Part shown: positions 38,311 to 50,931 of the stretch, piece after piece | Position numbering within the stretch: the first letter of the stretch is position 1 | Layout: each line of letters begins with the position of its first letter | Assembly (NCBI GenBank): GCA_963662315.1 | Contig: OY759353.1 | Location: forward strand, 32,001-96,000 | Reading direction: 5' to 3' | Origin: Geopsychrobacteraceae bacterium | Lineage (GTDB): Bacteria > Desulfobacterota > Desulfuromonadia > Desulfuromonadales > Geopsychrobacteraceae | DNA length: 64,000 nucleotides | Translations under genes and position numbers: made by a program | Notes under the pieces: model-generated | What the model was told of the DNA's origin: nothing | The model's input: the letters and a program-made list of their open reading frames with translations, nothing else | Database searches by the model: none

Positions 38311-39264
38311 ATGTCATACTTTTCCGACATACTGCCACAATTACGCCAAGCTGCCTACCTGCGCTGTCACTTTCAGCTTGAATTCCTGAGGCCGGTGACG
38401 CTGCCGCAGGGGGCATTGCTGCAATTGCGCCGGGAGTTTTTTGCTGCCCTAAAAGGACTGAAAGAACAGGGGGAGGGAGCTTTACTGTCCCGGTTAGAAC
38501 AGCTGCTTTCCCCCCCGTTGCCGGCTGCGCAATTATTGCGAACCCAGGTCAAAAGTCCTCCCCCGGGAGTTGTTTTGTCTTTTGACTGTCTGCAGGCGCA
38601 AAGTTTTCGACCTGGGGATTCCATGACCCTTACGGCGTTGTTTATTGGTGATGCTATCGCTAACGCGGCTGATTTCTTAACTCTGCTGCGAATTCTTGGT
38701 ACGCGGGGGGTATATTGTGGGAGCGGCCACTATGCAGTCAACGTTATCCTGGTGGAAAATGCCAACGGTGAAGTTGAGAATCTTACTGTTAAAGAAAGTG
38801 ATGAGCTGTTGATGCATAGTCCTGTTTGTGATTTTCAATGGTGGCTGGACAATCTGGCTCCGCAGGGAGAACAGCTGATTGTTGAGGTATATAGTCCGTT
38901 AAGACTGCAGAAAGCGGGTAAGCCTGTATTTCGACCGGATGTTGCAACCTTTGTAGACGCTCTGGTCAGAAGGGTCTCATCCCTGCTGGCTTATCATTGC
39001 CATATTGACATCGACTATGATCAATGGGAACTTGATGCTCTGTTGAGTGTAGTTGGCCCTGGTCTCAATAAGCTCAGATGGCAGGATTGGCGACGATTAC
39101 AGGGGGCGTTCAAACAGCAAAAAATAGGAGGCGTTCTTGGTCGTCTGGAGTTATTAAGGTGTGGTTCAACAGACCTTTTTTATTTGCTCAACCTCGGACA
39201 ACTCTTTAACCTGGGCAAGAGCGCCGCTTTTGGCTCTGGCCAATACCGGTTGCTATCTTCATAA
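38311..39264 (+). CDS. Cas6-like RAMP-fold protein, orphan
   Basis: SPLRL, LVRRVSSL, L.WQDW.R...GGVLG and a terminal glycine loop GQLFNLGKSAAFGSGQY, as in the Cas6 C-terminal family (Pfam CRISPR_Cas6). Confidence 0.72.
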   Translation: MSYFSDILPQLRQAAYLRCHFQLEFLRPVTLPQGALLQLRREFFAALKGLKEQGEGALLSRLEQLLSPPLPAAQLLRTQVKSPPPGVVLSFDCLQAQSFRPGDSMTLTALFIGDAIANAADFLTLLRILGTRGVYCGSGHYAVNVILVENANGEVENLTVKESDELLMHSPVCDFQWWLDNLAPQGEQLIVEVYSPLRLQKAGKPVFRPDVATFVDALVRRVSSLLAYHCHIDIDYDQWELDALLSVVGPGLNKLRWQDWRRLQGAFKQQKIGGVLGRLELLRCGSTDLFYLLNLGQLFNLGKSAAFGSGQYRLLSS

Positions 39265-39345
39265 TAAATAAGGATACTTGGGGTATGGCCTGTTATACTT
39301 CATTCTCTTTTTGGTTCATTTAATTCTTTAATCAATGGAGGCTTT

Positions 39346-39729
39346 ATGTTTTGGTTTATTGTGTTTCTGCTTATGCTTGGAGCGGTTTTTTACATGTACC
39401 AGAATCTCAGGACCATCGAAAAAGAAATTCTTGAAGAGCAGCAGAAGGAAAAGGAAGAGTTCTGCCAGAGTAAAAATCCTGAACCCAAGCCAGTTACCCT
39501 TCATGCTGTTGACGCAGTAAAAAGTAGTATTAATAGTGATAATTCACCAGAAGCGGATAATGAAATCATCGCGCTTATTAAAGCGAACCCAGGGATAAAA
39601 CAGACAGAATTGTATGCCCGGATCACTGAAGGGAATACCAAACAGGTTCAGCAGCTGTTAAAGAAAATGTCTGATGATGGCGAAATAAAGAGAGAAAAAG
39701 ACGGTAGTTCATATCGTCTTTATGTATAG
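39346..39729 (+). CDS. Membrane-anchored small protein with a putative C-terminal winged helix
   Basis: N-terminal TM segment; IIALIKANPGIKQTELY...VQQLLKKM..DGEIKREKDGSSYRL wHTH-like pattern; GGAGG RBS. Confidence 0.65.
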   Translation: MFWFIVFLLMLGAVFYMYQNLRTIEKEILEEQQKEKEEFCQSKNPEPKPVTLHAVDAVKSSINSDNSPEADNEIIALIKANPGIKQTELYARITEGNTKQVQQLLKKMSDDGEIKREKDGSSYRLYV

Positions 39730-39744
39730 CTGATTGCTGAATAT

Positions 39745-39776
39745 AAAAAAGGTGGCTCATGTGAGCCACCTTTTTT
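39745..39776. terminator. Bidirectional intrinsic terminator
   Basis: A6-GGTGGCTCA..TGAGCCACC-T6 between convergent genes. Confidence 0.85.
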
Positions 39777-39794
39777 AGGTCTGATATCGACCGC

Positions 39795-41084
<1,290 letters not shown>

Positions 41085-41202
41085 TTACTCCCTTGTCTTA
41101 TTTGATACAAAAGGTTAGTGTCCCGCATATGGAGAGGGACTTCGTTGCAGAATTGCAGGGTTACTTATATCATATGATGAATTTTTTGAAAGTTATTTTT
41201 CC

Positions 41203-42288
41203 ATGAGCCCTCACTCTGGTGGGGCGCTATTACACCCCGAACTGAGCATAATCATTCCGGTTTTGGATGAAATTGATGAGTTGCCAGAATTTTTAGCAGG
41301 AATACTTCTGCAGCAAGAGGTGTGCTTTGAAATTATAATTGTCGATGGTGGTTCCCGTGATGGAACTCTGGAATGGTTGCATGATCAGCATTCTGATTGC
41401 ATAAGAATAATATCCAGTGACAAAGGGCGAGGTCGGCAGTTAAATACCGGAGTTGCTGCTGCTTATGGAGAATGGTTTCTATTATTGCATGTCGATAGTC
41501 GCTTTGACGATGTATTGGCCCTGCGCACCGCTCTGGATGTCGTGAAAAGAACGTCCCCTCCGGTCGCCGGACATTTCCCTTTAACGTTCCGGCGCACCAA
41601 CTCATTTCGTTCTTTTGCCTATTATTTTTATGAAGCAAAGTCGGCAACCAACCGTGCTGAGACGATTCATGGCGATCAGGGATTTTTACTGCATCGAGAC
41701 CTCTTTAGCCGGGTCGGCTCTTTTGATTTTCGTCTTCCGGTTATGGAAGATACGGAATATGCTGAACGTGTCCGTCACGTGTGCCGCTGGATGGTTTTGC
41801 CCGGCACAGTGGGCACCTCGGCGCGCCGTTTTGAAACGGAAGGCCTGTGGCAGCGGCAGTTGCTCGGGGCTTTGATCATGTGCTTTCGCAGTATTGGGTG
41901 GGATATGTTTTTTCAGCAGGCCCCCAATGTTTATCGGCTCCAGAACTCAGCTTGCAAACTCCAGGTTTTGCCCTTTTTTTTGCTGGTGAAGAAGCTTTTG
42001 AAGCAACTTCCGGAGACTGAACGAAGGCAGATCTGGTCCCAGGCCGGTGCTTATGTGCGTCGTCACGCCTGGCAATTGTTTTTTTGTGTCGATACCTTCA
42101 TCGCCTACCTGCGGCATCAATCTCCGCATCAGATCAGCGCCCCGGTGACCTGCTGTTGCGAACCTGTTTTTAATGTTTTGACAAACAACAGGGGCGGTCG
42201 GTTTTGCGCCACACTGCTGCTAAGGGGATGGTTTTATGTTGCTGTCTTTATCCTTTCGAAGCTTGAGAATCGCCGGCAACACAGTTAG
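41203..42288 (+). CDS. Family 2 glycosyltransferase (TIGR04283-like)
   Basis: SIIIPVLDE, VDGGS.D, GRGRQLN.G, LHVD, GDQG, MED and TSARRF motifs. Confidence 0.82.
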   Translation: MSPHSGGALLHPELSIIIPVLDEIDELPEFLAGILLQQEVCFEIIIVDGGSRDGTLEWLHDQHSDCIRIISSDKGRGRQLNTGVAAAYGEWFLLLHVDSRFDDVLALRTALDVVKRTSPPVAGHFPLTFRRTNSFRSFAYYFYEAKSATNRAETIHGDQGFLLHRDLFSRVGSFDFRLPVMEDTEYAERVRHVCRWMVLPGTVGTSARRFETEGLWQRQLLGALIMCFRSIGWDMFFQQAPNVYRLQNSACKLQVLPFFLLVKKLLKQLPETERRQIWSQAGAYVRRHAWQLFFCVDTFIAYLRHQSPHQISAPVTCCCEPVFNVLTNNRGGRFCATLLLRGWFYVAVFILSKLENRRQHS

Positions 42289-42449
42289 AATAGTCAGGTT
42301 GTGTACGGCTTCGTATTTAATGTATAAGACTTTATCGCCATTTATGGCCTAACTGGTTTTCTTCCGGAAACATGCTCGTTTCCAATCTGAAAACTTACGC
42401 ATTGTTATCCGGTTTTTCGGATGGCAACTAACCAAGGAGATCGTTCATC

Positions 42450-43889
42450 GTGTCAACGTTTAGTGATTTTAAAGTCAAGGATTTAAGCCTTGCCGAATGG
42501 GGTCGTAAAGAGATCCTTCTTGCTCAGGTAGAAATGCCGGGATTAATGGCCTTGCGGCAGGAATATGACGGGCAATTTCCTCTGCGGGGGGCCAAGATTT
42601 CCGGGTCTCTGCATATGACTATACAGACCGCCGTTCTGATTGAAACACTGGTTGCCCTTGGCGCTGAGGTTCGTTGGTGCTCATGTAATATTTTTTCCAC
42701 TCAGGATCATGCTGCCGCGGCTGTTGCGGTTGGCCCTGAAGGTACTGTCGATGCTCCTGCCGGAGTTCCTGTTTATGCCTGGAAGGGGGAGACCCTGGCC
42801 GAATACTGGTGGTGTACCGAGCAGGCTTTGAACTGGCCGGACGGCGAATTCCCCAATATGATTCTGGATGATGGCGGTGACGCAACCCTGTTCGTTCTGA
42901 AAGGAAACGAATGGCAGAAAGGGGGAGTCCCTGTGGTTAGTGCGGATGATCCCGAGGATTGGCGTGAATTGGTCAAGGCTCTGGGACAATCTATTGATGC
43001 TAATCCGGGTAAATGGATCCAGACTGCTGCCGCCATCAAAGGGGTTACCGAGGAAACCACCACCGGAGTTCACAGGCTTTACCAAATGGAAAAGGAAGGG
43101 AGCCTGCTGTTTCCGGCGATGAATGTTAACGACTCGGTTACCAAGTCGAAATTTGACAACGTTTATGGCTGTCGTCATTCGCTGGTTGACGGAATCATGC
43201 GTGCAACGGACGTGATGCTGTCTGGCAAGGTTGCCGTAGTGTGTGGCTATGGTGATGTCGGTAAGGGCTGTTGTCAGTCATTACGCGGCCAGGGGGCTCG
43301 GGTTATCGTGACGGAAATTGACCCGATCTGTGCGTTGCAGGCACTGATGGAAGGGTATGAAGTGAAGCGGGTTGAGGATGTTCTTGATTATGCCGATCTT
43401 TATGTCACGACGACTGGCAATAAAAACGTTATTACCTATGAGCATATGCGTTTGATGAAAAATAACGCGATTGTCGGTAATATTGGCCATTTTGACAATG
43501 AAATCGAAATGAGTGCTCTCGAACGTGACGCCTCGGTCGTTAAGGAGAATATCAAGCCTCAGGTTGACCGTTGGGTTTTCCCTGACGGGCATGGCATAAT
43601 TATTCTTGCTGAAGGGCGGCTGCTCAATCTTGGTTGTGCGACCGGTCATCCAAGCTTTGTTATGTCAAATTCTTTCACCAACCAGGTCATGGCGCAAATC
43701 GAGTTGTTCTGTCGTGGCGAGAACTATGAAAACAAGGTTTATGTTCTGCCGAAGGCTCTGGATGAAAAAGTGGCTCGGCTCCACCTTGATAAGCTTGGCG
43801 CTAAGCTGACTGTGCTGACCGATGATCAGTCCAAGTACCTGGGGGTGCCGGTTTCCGGTCCATTCAAGCCTGATACTTATCGCTATTAA
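42450..43889 (+). CDS. ahcY: Adenosylhomocysteinase
   Basis: [42 protein letters not shown] and GCATGHP motifs. Confidence 0.98.
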   Translation: MSTFSDFKVKDLSLAEWGRKEILLAQVEMPGLMALRQEYDGQFPLRGAKISGSLHMTIQTAVLIETLVALGAEVRWCSCNIFSTQDHAAAAVAVGPEGTVDAPAGVPVYAWKGETLAEYWWCTEQALNWPDGEFPNMILDDGGDATLFVLKGNEWQKGGVPVVSADDPEDWRELVKALGQSIDANPGKWIQTAAAIKGVTEETTTGVHRLYQMEKEGSLLFPAMNVNDSVTKSKFDNVYGCRHSLVDGIMRATDVMLSGKVAVVCGYGDVGKGCCQSLRGQGARVIVTEIDPICALQALMEGYEVKRVEDVLDYADLYVTTTGNKNVITYEHMRLMKNNAIVGNIGHFDNEIEMSALERDASVVKENIKPQVDRWVFPDGHGIIILAEGRLLNLGCATGHPSFVMSNSFTNQVMAQIELFCRGENYENKVYVLPKALDEKVARLHLDKLGAKLTVLTDDQSKYLGVPVSGPFKPDTYRY

Positions 43890-43913
43890 TTGGTCTTGAA
43901 ATCGCCGATTCGT

Positions 43914-43954
43914 AAAACAAAAAGCCCCCCTTTGCAAGGTGGGCTTTTTGTTTT
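43914..43954. terminator. Bidirectional intrinsic terminator between ahcY and lptG
   Basis: AAAACAAAAAGCCC...GGGCTTTTTGTTTT. Confidence 0.82.
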
Positions 43955-43971
43955 GCCGGTCTGTTGGATTT

Positions 43972-45054
43972 TCAGTCTTTGCTGTTTAAGAGTAGCCAGA
44001 TTCCCAACAGCAGAAACACCAGGTTTGCGGCCCAGGCAGAAACGATAGGGGGGAGGGCGCCAGAATAGCCAAAGGCTCTGAGCAGGGATTGCAGGATAAA
44101 ATAACCGACCCCGATTGCCAGACTGATGCCTATACCAAGAGCTATATTACTGTTGCGACCGCGTTGCAGCGCAAAAGGAATTCCTAAAAAACCCATAATC
44201 AGACAGGTGAAGGGACTGGCCAGGCGGGCATGCATATCGACACGCTGATGAGTTGACGGATAGCCTTCCCGTTCCAGTTTATGACTCATCTCCCACAGCT
44301 GCATAAAGGTCAGCTCATTGTTGACACTGTCGCGTGCAGCAAAATCTTCAGGTTGTTTGTTCAGCATCAATGGCACATCAGTGAGCTCTTTTTTTTCCAG
44401 CAAGTCTCCAGTCCTGTCATCAAATGTCCTGATGCTTGCGCTTGGTGCGCTCCAGTCTCCGTTGCTGAAAATTGCCACGCCAGCGTCAATGCGCTCAACA
44501 ATCATATGGTGTCCGTTGAGGCGGTAAATTCTGATTCCTTCCAGTTTCCGTTGCTTCGGAGTTGCGACTTTGATATTGATCAGCCGGTTGGTTGCCCGAT
44601 ACCAGATTTCATGGCTTATCAACTCGTTTTTGAACTTCCCCTTCAGTTTAACTTCAAGGAGATCATTCAGGTTCTGGGTGTTGACCGGGACGATCAGTTC
44701 GCTGAGTAGCAACAATAGGATTGACAGGCTGCAGATAAACAGTAACAGCGGGCGGGTTATGTGCCAGATGCTGACTCCGCAGGCGCGCATGGCGGTCAGC
44801 TCGTTACTACGCCCCAGTCCACCCAGGGTCAAGACCATCGATGCTAGTATCGCCAGGGGCAGAATCTGTACAAAAATAAATGGAATGCTGTTGACGAGAT
44901 AAGACAGATAGTCTGCTGCTACGGCATGATGATCAATGAAATCGTCAACTTTTTCGAAAAAATCGATGAGCAGGTAGATGCCGATGAACGCCATCGTACA
45001 CAAAGACAGGATGCGCACATAATGCGCAAGTAAAAAACGATTGAGGGTCTTCAT
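43972..45054 (-). CDS. lptG: LPS export ABC transporter permease LptG
   Basis: YjgP/Q family: NELTAMRACGVS motif, 6 TM layout, SAWAAN; follows lptF. Confidence 0.88.
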   Translation of the reverse strand: MKTLNRFLLAHYVRILSLCTMAFIGIYLLIDFFEKVDDFIDHHAVAADYLSYLVNSIPFIFVQILPLAILASMVLTLGGLGRSNELTAMRACGVSIWHITRPLLLFICSLSILLLLLSELIVPVNTQNLNDLLEVKLKGKFKNELISHEIWYRATNRLINIKVATPKQRKLEGIRIYRLNGHHMIVERIDAGVAIFSNGDWSAPSASIRTFDDRTGDLLEKKELTDVPLMLNKQPEDFAARDSVNNELTFMQLWEMSHKLEREGYPSTHQRVDMHARLASPFTCLIMGFLGIPFALQRGRNSNIALGIGISLAIGVGYFILQSLLRAFGYSGALPPIVSAWAANLVFLLLGIWLLLNSKD

Positions 45055-46239
45055 CTAACGCCCCTCTTTTGATCGGGGATGACGGTTGAGCCTGAACGGC
45101 ATTCGGGCCAGCTTGGAAAACAGTTTGAATGGTTGTTCTTTTGCGGTGCGTCGCAAAAAGATAACCCCTATGGCAAAAAAGCAGACGTTGGGCAGCCAGA
45201 GGATAATTCCGGCCGGAATGATCCCTTTTTCGGCAATGGTTCCAGCCAGGCTCAGAAGCACGTAATAAACAAGGAAGACAACCAGGGCCAAGGAAAAGCC
45301 TGCCCCTTTGCCGGAACGTTGTGACTGCAGCCCCAGCGGGGCTCCAACCAGAACCAGAACCAGGGGGGCGAAGGCGATGACGATGCGTTCATGCAGTTCA
45401 ATCTCAAGGCGCAATTTTGAACGTTCTGTACGTGCGGAAGTTAACGCGTTGTTGAGCGCGGTCCAGGTTAATTCGCTACGCGAAACGCTACGTTTTTTTT
45501 CGGTTAATTGGCCCCCGATATCAAGACCGACATCATAAGTGGCAAAACGAACAATCTGGTAAGTCTGATTCCCCTTGGTCTGTGATGAGCGGTGAATAGT
45601 CCCATCGCGTAGCCGCAGGGTTAGCGACAAGGCGCCAGGATTGCTGATAATCTGCCCTTCGCGTGCGGTAATTGTGGACGGCTGCTCGCCTTCTCTTTCA
45701 TCCGCAATAAAAATATCCTGCATCACGCCTCGTTGCTCATCGACACCCTGGGCGAGGAGAACCAGGCCGTCGAAACGATCATTGAAAACCCCTGGCGTTA
45801 CTTCAAAGCTTCCGGCACTGGAGGCAATCGCAAACAGCTTGGCGCGAAAAGCCGTTTTACAGGCCGGGCCGATAAAATTGGTCATAAGCCCGGTAAGCAG
45901 AGCAAAGACAAGGGCCAGGATAACAACGGGCTTCAATAGCGAATAGAGGCTGATGCCCGAGGCTTTCAGGGCGATGTACTCACTATCGGCAGATAAACGA
46001 CCAAATGCCAGCAGAATGGCAAGCAAAAATGAGAGCGGGACTGTGATCGTCAGAAAGGTTGGCAACATGAAGCCGAACAATTTGACGATTTCCAAGATCG
46101 GAACCCCTTTGTTGATGACCAGTTCAGTCAAGCGAGGAATCCGCCCCATCAGCAGGACAAACGTGAAGATCAGCAGGCTCAGCACTGCAGGCCCGGTAAT
46201 TTCACTCAATATATAGCGATTTATACGTTTGGTAGACAT
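45055..46239 (-). CDS. lptF: LPS export ABC transporter permease LptF
   Basis: GRLSADSEY.ALKASGIS, PGVFN and WLPN motifs. Confidence 0.88.
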   Translation of the reverse strand: MSTKRINRYILSEITGPAVLSLLIFTFVLLMGRIPRLTELVINKGVPILEIVKLFGFMLPTFLTITVPLSFLLAILLAFGRLSADSEYIALKASGISLYSLLKPVVILALVFALLTGLMTNFIGPACKTAFRAKLFAIASSAGSFEVTPGVFNDRFDGLVLLAQGVDEQRGVMQDIFIADEREGEQPSTITAREGQIISNPGALSLTLRLRDGTIHRSSQTKGNQTYQIVRFATYDVGLDIGGQLTEKKRSVSRSELTWTALNNALTSARTERSKLRLEIELHERIVIAFAPLVLVLVGAPLGLQSQRSGKGAGFSLALVVFLVYYVLLSLAGTIAEKGIIPAGIILWLPNVCFFAIGVIFLRRTAKEQPFKLFSKLARMPFRLNRHPRSKEGR

Positions 46240-46454
46240 AGGCGCGCATCGTAATACAAGCAGGCCGTATAAGTAAATAATTCTTGCTGGGCTAGGTCCG
46301 GGTTTCTGTCTTCCTGTCGGCGTAAGGGGATTGAACGTGGGAGGGAACTCGTGTTTTTAAGGCAAAAAGAGTATCTCTGGCGGCACTTTTGGGGGTAATT
46401 TTTTTCTGTTTTTCCCTTGATTATCAAGTCGGACAAATGTTATAGATCCGCAGT

Positions 46455-46545
46455 TAACCCATTTCACACACCTCGAAAGAGGCCAGAATGGTTCCTGCCC
46501 GTTGGCGGGTTCTGGCCCTGTCGACCGGGGTGGAGGAATTAAACC
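46455..46545 (+). promoter_or_regulatory. rpsB (S2) autoregulatory leader RNA
   Basis: CACACAC...GGGGTGGAGG framing the hairpin GGCCAGAA...TTCTGGCC in the rpsB 5' UTR, resembling the known S2 leader. Confidence 0.6.
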
Positions 46546-46564
46546 AAATTTCAGGAGAAGTAAA

Positions 46565-47335
46565 ATGGCACAAATCACCATGAAGCAAATGCTCGAAGCC
46601 GGGGTTCATTTCGGTCATCAGACCAAGCGTTGGAACCCAAAAATGAAGCCTTACATTTTCGGCGCTCGTAACGGCATTTATATTGTCGACCTGCAGAAAA
46701 CTGTGCGCCAGTTCAAATCTGCTTACCAGTTCATCCAGGACACCGTTGCTCGTGGCGAAAAGGTCCTTTTTGTTGGTACCAAAAAACAGGCTCAGGATGC
46801 CATCCGCGAGGAATCCGAGCGTGCCGGGCAGTACTATGTTAATAATCGTTGGCTCGGTGGAATGCTGACCAACTTCACTACCATTAAAGCCAGTATTGAC
46901 CGCCTTAAAAAGATCGAGGCCATGAACGCTGACGGCACGATTGATCAGTACACCAAAAAAGAAGCTCTGCAAATCGAGCGCGAGCGTGAAAAACTGGAGA
47001 AAAACCTTGGTGGTATCAAAAATATGACCAAGCTGCCAGGCGCAGTGTTTATCATCGACCCTAAAAAAGAAGCGATTGCCGTTCAGGAAGCCAATAAACT
47101 GGGTATTCCGGTTGTTGCGATCGTTGATACCAACTGCGACCCTGACAATATCGATTTTGTTATCCCGGGTAATGATGATGCTATTCGCGCCATCCGCCTG
47201 TTTGCCTCAAAAATGTCAGAGGCCTGTACTGAGGGTGCTCAGCTGCGCAAAGATGCCAAACAGACCGAGGCCGAAGGCAGTGATGAAGCAGAAGTGACTG
47301 AGGTTGCTGCTGAGGCGGCCGCAGAAGAAGAATAA
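46565..47335 (+). CDS. rpsB: 30S ribosomal protein S2
   Basis: [19 protein letters not shown]; start ATG 46565 after AGGAG. Confidence 0.98.
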   Translation: MAQITMKQMLEAGVHFGHQTKRWNPKMKPYIFGARNGIYIVDLQKTVRQFKSAYQFIQDTVARGEKVLFVGTKKQAQDAIREESERAGQYYVNNRWLGGMLTNFTTIKASIDRLKKIEAMNADGTIDQYTKKEALQIEREREKLEKNLGGIKNMTKLPGAVFIIDPKKEAIAVQEANKLGIPVVAIVDTNCDPDNIDFVIPGNDDAIRAIRLFASKMSEACTEGAQLRKDAKQTEAEGSDEAEVTEVAAEAAAEEE

Positions 47336-47459
47336 TTCGATTTTATCGTCAAACTTCTTTTAGTTCTACGTAAGATGGCCTGCGGCCGGGCTCAGGTCCG
47401 GCCGTTGGTTTTAACAGACAAGCGCGCGGAACATATCCGCTTAATAAATGGAGGAAAAC

Positions 47460-48368
47460 GTGAGTATTACTGCAGCAATGGTCTCCGAGTTGCGTAAAAA
47501 AACCGGAGCAGGAATGATGGATTGTAAAAAGGCATTGAGCGAGACTGGTGGAAATATGGAGGACGCTGTCGACTTCCTGCGTAAAAAAGGTCTGGCTGCT
47601 GCCGCCAAGAAATCAGGTCGTGTTGCCGCTGAAGGTGCTGTTGCCGCTGTTTCTGAAGGCTGTGTCGGTGTTGCTCTCGAAGTCAATGCAGAGACTGACT
47701 TTGTTGCCAAAAACGACGCTTTCCAGTCCTTTGTTGAAACAACCAGTGCCGTTGCTCTTGCTAATGATGTTGCCGATGTTGAAGCTCTTAAAGAGCTTTC
47801 TTATCCCGGTACCGGACGTAATGTTGGCGAAGAGTTGACCCACCAAATTGCTACCATTGGTGAAAATATGAGCCTGCGTCGTCTGGTTCGCATCGATGCT
47901 GGTGAAGGCGTCGTTGCTTCTTACGTTCATGGTGCCGGCAAGATTGGCGTTCTGGTTGAGTTCAAGACTCCCTCTACGGATGGCAAGGTTGAAGAGCTTG
48001 GCAAGCAGATCGCTATGCACGTTGCCGCCGCTGCCCCACAGTATCTGAACCGTGAGGCTGTACCAGCTGAAGTTGTCGAAAAAGAAAAAGAGATTATGCG
48101 GGTTAAGGCTCTGGAGAGCGGCAAGCCTGAAAATATTGTCGACAAGATTATTACCGGTCAGGTCAATAAATTCTTCGGTGAAGTTTGTCTGCTTGAGCAG
48201 GCATTTGTTATTGATCCCGATCAAAAAGTTGGTAAAGTTGTCGAGGCTTTGGCAAAGGAATTGGGCACCACCATTACCCTGAACAGCTTTGTTCGTTTCC
48301 AGCTGGGTGAAGGGATTGAGAAAAAAGAAGATGACTTCGCAGCTGAAGTTGCTGCTTTGAGTAAGTAA
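47460..48368 (+). CDS. tsf: Elongation factor Ts
   Basis: LRKKTGAGMMDCKKAL and ETDFVA motifs; GTG start after GGAGG. Confidence 0.98.
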   Translation: MSITAAMVSELRKKTGAGMMDCKKALSETGGNMEDAVDFLRKKGLAAAAKKSGRVAAEGAVAAVSEGCVGVALEVNAETDFVAKNDAFQSFVETTSAVALANDVADVEALKELSYPGTGRNVGEELTHQIATIGENMSLRRLVRIDAGEGVVASYVHGAGKIGVLVEFKTPSTDGKVEELGKQIAMHVAAAAPQYLNREAVPAEVVEKEKEIMRVKALESGKPENIVDKIITGQVNKFFGEVCLLEQAFVIDPDQKVGKVVEALAKELGTTITLNSFVRFQLGEGIEKKEDDFAAEVAALSK

Positions 48369-48425
48369 TTTTCTTTCGTTCCAGTTCTTGGTAATTCAAT
48401 TTGCGGGCTTGTCAGTGTGGTGTGA

Positions 48426-49836
<1,411 letters not shown>

Positions 49837-49879
49837 TTCCATAAATCTGGGGTTTCAGCGCAGGAGAGGGAGTGTTCAG

Positions 49880-50044
49880 ATGGCATTAAGAATTAATGAA
49901 GAATGTATCGGGTGTGGAACGTGTGTTGATGGGTGCCCCCTTGGCGCAATTGTTGAGCAGGGTGAGATCTATCGCATCACTGATGAATGCAGTGAGTGCC
50001 GTGCGTGCGTAGACAGTTGCCCCGTTAACGCAATTGTTGATTAA
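49880..50044 (+). CDS. 2x[4Fe-4S] ferredoxin (54 aa)
   Basis: CIGCGTCVDGCP and CSECRACVDSCP; ATG 49880 after a purine-rich RBS. Confidence 0.92.
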   Translation: MALRINEECIGCGTCVDGCPLGAIVEQGEIYRITDECSECRACVDSCPVNAIVD

Positions 50045-50067
50045 TTTCGCAAATTAGTTATTCTATC

Positions 50068-50094
50068 AAAGGGCGTTTGATGCGCCCTTTTTTT
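50068..50094 (+). terminator. Intrinsic terminator after the ferredoxin gene
   Basis: AAAGGGCG...CGCCCTTTTTTT. Confidence 0.75.
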
Positions 50095-50160
50095 ATTAAC
50101 GAACACTACTTTGGCTACGGTTTATCAGTCTTTTTCGCTTTACTACGAGATGCTTCATCG

Positions 50161-50907
50161 ATGCAAGATAATCAATCCCTTCAAGTGATCCAACCCGTTC
50201 GTCATTTAGCGATTATTATGGATGGCAACGGTCGCTGGGCAACGCAACGTGGACTTCCCAGGATTGTTGGTCACCAACGCGGTGTCGAGACTGTCCTTGA
50301 TATCGTTGAGGAATGCCAGCGTATTGGCGTTGAGGCATTGACTCTTTATGCTTTCAGCTCCGAAAACTGGGGGCGGCCTCAGGAAGAGATCAATGCTCTC
50401 ATGTGTCTGCTGGTTGAGTTCCTGGCCTCGCAACGTAAGCACATGCTCGAGAAAGGGATGCGCTTCCGTGTTATTGGGGATGTCTCAAAAATGCCGGAAC
50501 CCGTCCAGAACTCGTTGGCTTCGGTTCAGGCCGAAACCGCTGCCGGCACCGGCATGACCCTGGTCCTGGCTTTATCTTATGGGGCGCGGGATGAGATAAT
50601 TAGAACGATCCGCTCCTTATCTGATTCTTTGTGCGATGGTTCCCTGACGAAAGAACAAATCACAGAAGACTATTTTTCAGCATGTCTTGACTCGAAAGGG
50701 CTTCCTGACCTGGATCTGCTAATCCGAACCAGTGGGGAAGTGCGTATCAGTAATTTTATGTTGTGGCAATTGGCTTATGCTGAACTTTACTTCACTGACG
50801 TCCTGTGGCCTGATTTTTCCAGAAAAGACCTGCACGCGGCCCTGTGCGATTTTCATCAACGCCGGCGCCGGTTTGGTCTGACGGATGATCAGTGTCATCA
50901 GGAATAA
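50161..50907 (+). CDS. uppS: Undecaprenyl diphosphate synthase
   Basis: HLAIIMDGNGRWA, YAFSSENWGRP and RTSGE.RISNF motifs. The start position is uncertain. Confidence 0.96.
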   Translation: MQDNQSLQVIQPVRHLAIIMDGNGRWATQRGLPRIVGHQRGVETVLDIVEECQRIGVEALTLYAFSSENWGRPQEEINALMCLLVEFLASQRKHMLEKGMRFRVIGDVSKMPEPVQNSLASVQAETAAGTGMTLVLALSYGARDEIIRTIRSLSDSLCDGSLTKEQITEDYFSACLDSKGLPDLDLLIRTSGEVRISNFMLWQLAYAELYFTDVLWPDFSRKDLHAALCDFHQRRRRFGLTDDQCHQE

Positions 50908-50931
50908 TTCTGATTCCAAGGGAGAATTGTT

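Noticed and set aside
42289..42449. SAH or SAM riboswitch upstream of ahcY
   Set aside because: Only a small hairpin; no riboswitch consensus recognised.
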